A stretch of 63,788 nt of DNA, counting the filler, from Lenisia limosa (Eukaryota; Protista; Breviatea): assembly GCA_001655205.1 (NCBI GenBank). It is 7 parts of 7 records of this genome, joined end to end, with 100 filler letters (N's around TTAATTAATTAA, not from the genome) between each part and the next. Parts side by side here need not be neighbours in the genome. Positions count along the whole stretch, not along the records: positions 48,263 to 60,761 come from LPNZ01004433.1; 6 more parts are not named here. One strand, given 5' to 3'. A program made the position numbers and the translations under genes. Under the pieces are notes generated by a model, which was not told the DNA's origin, searched no databases, and saw only the letters and a program-made list of their open reading frames with translations. The stretch's first letter is position 1, and each line of letters opens with the position of its first letter. Below, one piece after another: positions 52,201 through 58,746 of the stretch.

Positions 52201-52487
52201 ATTTTGAGAAAACCATATCCACACAAACTTGATAATGGGCGTCAGTGGCAAGTTGGGAACTCTGGAGCGCCGCTAAAGTTGGAGGGTCAATTCGACTACC
52301 GGATGCTGCATTGTTGCGACCAGAGAGCGCCGAAGAGGAAGTCTACGGTCGTGAGAATAGGAGGAAAATAAAAAATATGGAAAGGTTATCAACTAACTTT
52401 TGCTGCAGCTTTCTTTGCTGCTTCAAAGAGCTGCGAATCTGCTTCTAGGATGAGCTGATCCAACTCATCCTGAAGATCAAGTGACAT
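37280..52487 (-). CDS. Very large (~15 kb) multi-exon unassigned gene (or run of co-oriented genes) with repeat-inflated introns
   Basis: ATG at 52487 (MSLDLQDELDQLILEADSQLFEAAKK); spliceable exons DNQWLDILFHALAKML, KTLDQMWLSKRAEQAEDDLFALHLK, EEERVSLKRELIRVDTLWEG, FSQIASILNNESTIFLIRLVLGLLDAAS, APAVVRPVVHEDPHAAALEILGG, DDSDSSEDSSDERF and RVAANRLIGQELQILKNKSRMEL; four contig spacers inside. Confidence 0.55.
37539..38840. mobile_element. ~1.3-kb non-autonomous TIR element (intronic)
   Basis: 37539-37584 ATAAGGTACGTCACCTGACCGTGAACATAACCTGGCCGTGAACATC is an inverted repeat of 38788-38840; each arm holds a doubled ACCTG(A/G)CCGTGAAC motif; no transposase ORF seen; TSD not resolved. Confidence 0.7.
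37765..38058. repeat. Two diverged copies of a ~120-bp dispersed repeat nested in the TIR element; homologues at 45138-45315 and (inverted) 61279-61350
   Basis: Shared AGAAAA(C/A)TCCGA..AACAA..GGAAG(A/G)CAACC..GA..AAAAACGAG..AATTCGA..GGAAAA..CAGTGGTTTTCC; ACAAGGAGTTTTCTG at 45147 is inverted at ~61298-61312. Confidence 0.75.
39413..39510 (-). repeat. Diverged intron-3'-anchored repeat copy
   Basis: Sense CAGAGTTGACTTGGGCTTTTTTGTTTC..CCCCCCAG| then exon DDSDSSEDSSDERF. Confidence 0.55.
39678..39768. mobile_element. MITE copy, reverse orientation
   Basis: TA|GGTCTTCACTTCGGTTCAAAAAACCCGGTAAAATATCGA..TTTCGAGGATTTATCGA..AAAGCCC. Confidence 0.75.
40093..40302. mobile_element. Two MITE copies (40093-40173 forward; 40245-40302 reverse half-copy)
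   Basis: TA|GGGATTCACTTCGGTTCG..CGAACCGAAGTG and GAGGATTTATCAAG..CGAACCGAAGTGAAGCCC|TA. Confidence 0.8.
40390..40528 (-). repeat. Intron-3'-anchored repeat copy with its 5' module duplicated
   Basis: Sense GGGATGCGGTG(C/T)GCAGAGG(C/T)GACTGGCCTGGG twice, then TTGTTATCGACCCTCGTGTGTTGTCAGCC..ATTTTAC, ~15 nt before TTTAG| (40376). Confidence 0.75.
43040..43120 (-). repeat. Intron-3'-repeat copy (acceptor hidden in N gap)
   Basis: Sense CTGGGCTTTGTTTTGTTTTTATCAACCCTCGTGTAACAGAGTCGATTTGAGC..TTCATAAATTTTT. Confidence 0.7.
43695..43795 (-). repeat. Intron-3'-anchored repeat copy
   Basis: Sense TTTTGTTGTATTAACCCTTGTGTGTTGTCAGCCAACAGGG..TCATAGATTTCTATTTTAACCCCACATCCCTTTATAG| then exon GATMGLGGSVHEPC. 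Confidence 0.7.
43912..44414. mobile_element. Two reverse-orientation MITE copies (43912-43983 truncated; ~44316-44414)
   Basis: GGTCTTCACTTCGGTTC..AAAATATCGATA..GAAGATTTATCGAGAAATTCAGT; second copy ends CGAACCAAAGTGTTGCCC|TA. Confidence 0.8.
45772..45867. mobile_element. MITE copy
   Basis: TA|GGGTTTTACCTTGGTTCGGAAAAAGACTGAATT..TCGATAAATCTTCGAAAATTATCGATATT..CGAACCGAAGGGAAACCT|TA. Confidence 0.82.
45883..45974. repeat. 30-31-bp minisatellite x3 (intronic)
   Basis: ATTAGTTTGACGGTGGGTT(G/C)GTCT(G)ATCAT repeated three times. Confidence 0.92.
47467..48010. mobile_element. MITE cluster: internally expanded copy 47467-47611 and degenerate copies ~47818-47889 and ~47933-48010
   Basis: TA|GAGCTTCACTTTCGGTTCC..AAGTGAAGCTT|TA with AAAA(A)G(A/G)CTGAATT tripled; nearby AAAATATTGATATTTATTGAGGATTTATCGA core. 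Confidence 0.65.
48775..48830 (-). repeat. 3' part of intron-3'-anchored repeat ending in the acceptor AG
   Basis: Sense TTTTGTTTCATAAATTTACCAATTTTACTCCGCCAG| then an exon. Confidence 0.75.
51376..51525. repeat. Imperfect ~40-45-bp minisatellite x3-4 (intronic)
   Basis: AACCAT(G/A)AAAAGTAAAGTC..TTCAATATATTAATC modules at 51381, 51426 and 51465. Confidence 0.75.
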
Positions 52488-52767
52488 ACTTTAAGGTAAA
52501 ACCGAGTCCATTCACTATTAACTGGTTTAAAATAATACAAAAACTTTTAAATCCACAAAACCATGCCATTTTGGAGACTACTTTCCCATTTATACCAAAT
52601 GGCGACAGCGCCATTGTTTATAAGCTTCAGAATTTTCAAAATTTTTGAGCTAAACAGCACAATTACTCATAAGAATATACTCGCAACTATTGGTATTGTT
52701 ATATATAGTAGGTAAATTCGGAATAGGACTTCTCTGCGGTATGTAACATTAGCTTTCCTTTCACAAA

Positions 52768-55718
52768 ATGGGTCTCTGTAACTCAGTCCCCAAGGGGGCG
52801 CATGGAGATGCTTTCTACATGCCTCCTGGAGCTTTTGAGGACGAGCCTACAACCCCAGCCATTCCCCATGCCTCCTCCAAAATGGGGCCTCGAAATCCTG
52901 CCAATGTCAGTAAAGCCCAGCCAGTCATCCCCAATGTTGTTCCTGACGAAAGGCCCCTTGAGGATCAAACCCCCCTATTAAAGAAGAAGACGCCGCAAAC
53001 CTCATCGCAGGTCTTGGCTTCCAGCGAAGCTCGAGACGTTGCCATGCCTCTTCCCGCCGCCAGCAAGGCCCCAAAGCCGCCCAAGGTGCCACAAACTGCT
53101 CCTCTCCCTGGTCATGGTGAGCTGTTCTGGGTATTTTATGACTGTTTGACATTGGAATGATGGAATGCTAATTATCTGTGTTGTTTCCTTCTTCAGTCCT
53201 GCGAAATGTTGGGCTGAAAGGGGGATTCCAGTTGAATTTCTCCATTATTTTTGATCTCAGTGCCCCCTCAACACACGTTAGAAACTCTCACCACATTTTT
53301 GTAAACCAATATCCTCCTGATTCTGATTTCTGATTTCTGATATAGAATGGTGTTCGAGTCCAAATATGGTACCTTATTTTCCTTTTTTCAAGAGAAAATA
53401 ACCCATTTGGGACAACCAACTCAGCTCTGCCCCCTCTCACTCTACAGAGCCATCAAGGGCAAAATCCAAAGGCCGGCTGTTTATGAGTGCCATCCCTAAG
53501 CACTTGAGAACTGAATTCGGCGGTAGGCGGATATGTTGGACAAAAGGGCCACAATTAACGGGGGCTTATCGATTTTTGGGGATTGTTTAGATATAGTCTT
53601 TGCGTTGGCAGGTTTTCTGTTGGACAATAGGTCCACAGGTGTTTATGGATTTTTTTAATAGGGATCTGTCTAGATATTCAGTCTCTACATTGGCAAAATT
53701 GTTTGTTCGTCTGCACGTTTATTTTTTCTGTTTTTATCATTGTCTGCTTTTTCTATTTCCGACAACACGTGTTGGACCCTTTTCTGCCATTACAATCCAG
53801 GACCAATCAAGCCCCAAGAAGACTCTGGCTCCCCGGCCCGGGCCTCTTCAACATCCACCATCTTCGTTTCCTCCACCATGCAGCGCCCCGACCTTGACGA
53901 GGTCTTAAGGAGGTTCGTGGTTTCAGGCTTCATTCTAAATGGGTTTGGTTCGTGGCCAACTAAAGGCTTTCTGTTTTTCATGTACGTTATTCTTATCCAC
54001 AGGCAACACAGAAATTAATGTTGTAATGATACGATATGTATAAGTAGCTTGAAACATTCTTCTTTTAAACACATTTTAGCGTTTGCATCGCAATTCAGTA
54101 CATCATCCAAGCGGGTAGGCGGAATGAAATTATGGTAAATAGTAATGTAGGCATAATTAAACATGCTTTGTTGTTTGATTGGAGGAATTATTTTTTAATA
54201 TCATTTACAGATGCACACTTCTTCGTTTACAACCTTTGATTGTTTCCTATTTCTACGTTGATCATATTAAATTTATTAACCACAACTTCCACAGGAGAAG
54301 ACTCGCCTAAAAAGACCGTTTTTGATGTATTTAATGAAGAGAAAAACCGCCTTATGGTAGGAGGGCATTGATGGTCGCAAATGGTTTCCACGGAATATTT
54401 TAACTGTTCAGAAACATGGCTTCAACCCAAACCAAGAAGTCACCGTAGAACTCCTCTTCAATTTCATCAAAACCATCTTCCACGTGGCAAGGGTGAGGAT
54501 GTGTTGGTCAAAGAAACCGCCACATGAACCCATGTTTTAAGAAACAACAGGATACAATGTACACTACATCTCCTTTGACAGGAAGGCGAAACCATTGGCA
54601 GTATTGCTAAATGCATTGTTTATGACTATTTTAGCTCTCAACAGAGTGTGCTATTATTCTAGTTGTTTACCTGGAGCGCATGGTGACACTTTCAGGTTGG
54701 TCTAACCACATAGGGATTTAAGGGTCTTTAGACCCTTTATGCAAGTTGAAAAAGACATTTCCCATTTTCTGTCGGGTATATGATTGCTCATATTCCCTCG
54801 GCAGTCAAATAGGGTACATGATTGCTCATATTCCCTCGGCAGTCAAATAGGGAATATATTTTCTCGGGAGAGGAAAGTGATTGCACGGAGTTTTGATTGC
54901 TAACCAACTGCCAGGCCTGACACTTCAACGCAATTCGTGGAGATGGGCCATTTTGGGCTCTGTTCTCTTGGCCGCTAAAGGTTGGTAAAATTTACTGATT
55001 GTGTTTTGGTTCCTTTTTAATATATTGATGCTGGCTGCAGAAGTGGCTGGCTTGGGCTTTGTTTGTTTTGTTGTTCTTAACCATGTGCCGCTAGCCAACA
55101 CGTTGACTTTGTGGGCTTTTTTTTATTATTTTCAAAAATTTGCCAATTTTACGCCCCCCCCCCCCNNNNNNNNNNNNNNNNNNNNNNNNNNNNNNNNNNN
55201 NNNNNNNNNTGAAGTGTTCCCTCATATAACTGTTCTTTCACTGAATGAGCTTGAACGACACTTCCTAAACTTCTTGCAGGTGAGTCAAAGGTCAACAGAG
55301 ATTAATAACACCATGATACTATCTCGGTATTGTTTGAAGATTTTTCACTACATTCCGATTCACCACCCCTCCGCAGTTTAACGTTTCCGTCCGCGCCTCT
55401 GTCTACGCAAAGTATTACTTCGACTTGCGTGCAGTGTCAGAGGAAAACCACAACCAATTCTCCCTCAAACCCCTGGACAAAGAAGGTGCCCACAAGCTGG
55501 AGGTGGGGAGGGTTTCGTTGTTACAGTTATTTGGGTTTTCGTTTCAAAAAAACAAAAGAAACACACGAGGCAAGGCCAACGTGTTACTCCAAGCCTCACG
55601 CAAATAGGCCCAATCCTTGTCTTCTGAGAAAAGTATCAAGGAGGATCAGATCAGACGAACTGGCAGCTTGGACTCTGTCGGCTTCAAGCCTCTCAAAACT
55701 CAGGCCGTTCTCGGATGA
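52768..55718 (+). CDS. CCNY: Cyclin Y
   Basis: MGLCNS N-terminus; [19 protein letters not shown]; FDVFNEEK; [16 protein letters not shown]; [16 protein letters not shown]; [55 protein letters not shown]; RRTGSLD. These parallel the cyclin Y signature blocks as I recall them; TGA at 55716-55718. Confidence 0.93.
54774..54853. repeat. 38-bp near-perfect tandem duplication (intronic)
   Basis: GGGTA(T/C)ATGATTGCTCATATTCCCTCGGCAGTCAAATA at 54774 and 54812. Confidence 0.95.
55027..55165 (+). repeat. Near full-length intron-3'-anchored repeat in a plus-strand gene
   Basis: GATGCTGGCTGCAGAAGTGGCTGGCTTGGGCTTTGTTTGTTTTGTTGTT..AGCCAACACGTTGACTTTGTGGGCTTTTT..AAATTTGCCAATTTTACG-polyC, then N gap, then a cyclin Y exon. 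Confidence 0.75.
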
Positions 55719-56208
55719 ACGCGTGTGGGGGGGGGGGGCTNNNNNNNNNNNNNNNNNNNNNNNNNNNNNNNNNNNNNNNNNNNNNNNNNNNNNNNNNNNN
55801 NNNNNNNNNNNNNATTATTATTATCTCATTTACTTTTTCTGCAAGTGGTCTTCCCTCGTTGAATTTCAATTTTATTTAGTATCTCTTATGTGTGATTTGG
55901 ACGGCCTCCAGATACTACTACTTTCTTCGGATATAGTCCTCATCATTTCCCTCACAGATCCAGGCTCATGGCGCGGGTGGTGCCTTTTGCATAGTAGTTT
56001 TTGGTTTCTTCTTCTGGTTGTTTTGACGATGATTTCGCTACCATGTGTGATTCCTCCCATCCTCTCATGTTTTCGCTAGCTTGTGTGATTCCTCCCATCA
56101 TCTCATATCACTCTCTTCCGTTACCTGCAACTCATGGACACTCCCACCTTTAGAAAGAGAAACAATATCCATACACACTGACCCAAAATACCATAACCTG
56201 ATGACCGT

Positions 56209-58529
56209 CTAGAACACAGGTTTCTTGCAACTGGTCTTATGAGCAGGCCAGTGCGCCTTTTGACACACTGCCGAACAGTACACTGCCCTCTGAATGGTCA
56301 ATCTTCGACGTGGGCTCAAGACAGCTATGTAGAAATATTTGGTGTGGGCGGCTTTGGTCAGATACCAATTTTTATTGTTTGCACTATTGTAATAAACATG
56401 ACTGAAGACCCACGTGACATCTGCTGCATCGCTTCAGGTCAGACTTCAGTTTCAAGGCGGCACAGTATGCGCACTGCGGAATGAAATACTGCTTAACAAT
56501 ACAAGGAAACATCAAAAGCGGAAGCATGTTGGAAAGTAGCCATGAAACAATACAAGGAATGACTACACACACCAATAGATAAACTAATAAACTGAGATAA
56601 GTCTAAAACCCCCAACTGTTGTGGCTTGAGCCTCACGGCATGCGATGCTCAAGTGCTGTCCAGCCAACATATACGCGTTGCTGATTGCAAGCTGGGGTGT
56701 GAGAATTGCTCTCTTGAAAATTACATCTTAATTCACTTCATTGATGTTTACATCAGAATTTGTAGCTGTCTTGCTAATGAATAGATTTCACTCACCCCTT
56801 CAGCTGTTAAGTTGTCAGAATCGCGAAGCATTGGGTTAACTCCCATCTTTAACAGCTCCTAAAGAGTGAAACATAAAAACGACGTGTTACACCAGGCACT
56901 GTAAAGAGGCGTCTCACCTATGCCCTCCCCATCATCAAGGCTTAACTCCGGATAAACATAAAAAACAGGGCTTTAAGCACTCCCCCCCCCCCTCACTTNN
57001 NNNNNNNNNNNNNNNNNNNNNNNNNNNNNNNNNNNNNNNNNNNNNNNNNNNNNNNNNNNNNNNNNNNNNNNNNNNNNNNGGCAGTCTAAACCATCAAATA
57101 TGAAGGCCATAAAAAATGATTCCCAGATGACGCATTCAGAAACACTATCAACGTAAATAATCGAGTTTTTTTTTAACAATTACCATTACTATTACAAACT
57201 AAGTACACCTCCACACTTGTACATACGTACACCATAAAAACTAATCACATGATAAACAAAAGGTTATGAAAAGGAACTTGGTCTCACAGTTCCCAAAAGG
57301 AATATTATTACTCAAATATTTGATCATTTGAACTCCGCTCACATATCCATCAGAGTTCTGTGCATTGACAAGCTCCTTGGTCTTCTTGGTGCTTGAAACC
57401 AAACGCTTGGCAATGGTCTAAAGATTGTTATTGAAAAACATAAGACACTGTTCAAAGATGTAGGAACTTAGTGTTCTAAATTATGGACCCAATCACAATT
57501 CTGTTGTTGAGGGCCGCAAACATCAACGGGGTTCCTCCTGTAAGATTAATATAAGACTAAGGCTTCCTTCCATACGGTCCTAAAAAGACCGGTAAAATAT
57601 CGATAATATATCGAGGATTTATCAAGAAATTCCGTCTTTTTTGGTACCGTAGGCCTATATAAGACAAATGCGGTGGTTGTTCGCGATATCCAAAGACCAC
57701 AAACCTTCCTTGTCCTTTACCATGGATTCATGGCCATTGGCTAAAAGGAAATCCACAATCTCTGGGTAATTGTACCTACGATGTGAGAAGCATTGTAGAT
57801 TCGACAGCGATAAAGATTCGGTTTCATTTTTAAAACAAAGACTACTATCAGTGTACATTGAGACATTCAAAAAAACAGCGATAAGACTATTATTACTGTA
57901 AATTGAGACTTTCAATATTCTCTTCACTAAATATCAAACATAATCACCTCAAAAGATCACGTAATAGAAGAAGTGGGGTTTCCAAATAATAATAATAAAA
58001 ACTAAAGTTAGTAATAACTAACCATGTTAATGCGATATACGAAACGACCCTCCCACTAACCCAACTGCCGCGTGGAGGGGAGTGGTACCGTTGGCATCAG
58101 GAGCATCAATCTTGGCACCGGCTTGGACCAGTTCTAATACACAGTCAAGGTGTCTGGTGGGGGGGTCAGACGGATGTCTTATGACAGTATTTTGCAGGCC
58201 GTAATCTGAACAGCTTCGAATACAAGAGCCTCCTTTCATTTATCACCCCACTAACCCGTTAGCAACAGCCAGATGAAGGGCAGTCATCTTATCCTCATTC
58301 TCCACTTCAAGATCGAGCCCGTCTTTCTTCAGAACAGCTGGAAAGTGAGACGTGGTGATCAAGCTGAGTTCCGCGAAAGGTGCGATTAATGCAGGTGTTA
58401 AACTATGTATATCTTCGATATCAATGTGTAAAGTGGCTGAGCATCCTTTGGATGTAAACTCTGCTGACCTTTCAGTTCCTCAACATTCCCGTGAGCCGCC
58501 TCATTAAGTAGTTCCTCAGCAATGGTCAT
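56209..58529 (-). CDS. Ankyrin-repeat and MYND zinc-finger protein (ANKMY2-like architecture)
   Basis: MTIAEELLNEAAHGNVEELK; NEDKMTALHLAVANG; GAKIDAPDANGTTPLHAAV; EIVDFLLANG; GGTPLMFAALNNR; MYND CAYCAA..LKRCSRC..YCSAVCQKAHWPAHKTSC; TAG at 56209-56211. Confidence 0.9.
57560..57655. mobile_element. Diverged reverse-orientation MITE copy (intronic)
   Basis: TA|AGGCTTCC..GACCGGTAAAATATCGATAATATATCGAGGATTTATCAAGAAATTCCGTCTTTTTT..AGGCC|TA. Confidence 0.7.
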
Positions 58530-58746
58530 TGTTTTAAAAGGATTAAAGGTTGATTCTGATCGCAATAGCTTGTTTTAAGTTACATGTGTAACTGATGTTA
58601 GATCTTTAATCGGGAATTTTGTTAACCTTCTAAACCTTGCTTCGAGTACTGTATTAGGGGGTAAAACATCTAACTGTGTTTGATTGTTTCGGTTAGTAGC
58701 GCAACCACCCTCTTTTTTTTAAGACTTTGGGCCGTGTGCGGTTTCA

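Noticed and set aside
55830-56110. Possible extra minus-strand exons or small gene between cyclin Y and the ankyrin-MYND stop
   Set aside because: Splice-like sites exist but I could not build a consistent frame; includes a short local duplication.
4471-58655. TACTGTA/TACAGTA heptamers as Tc1/mariner excision footprints
   Set aside because: Only a handful seen; about that many are expected by chance in 64 kb of AT-rich DNA.
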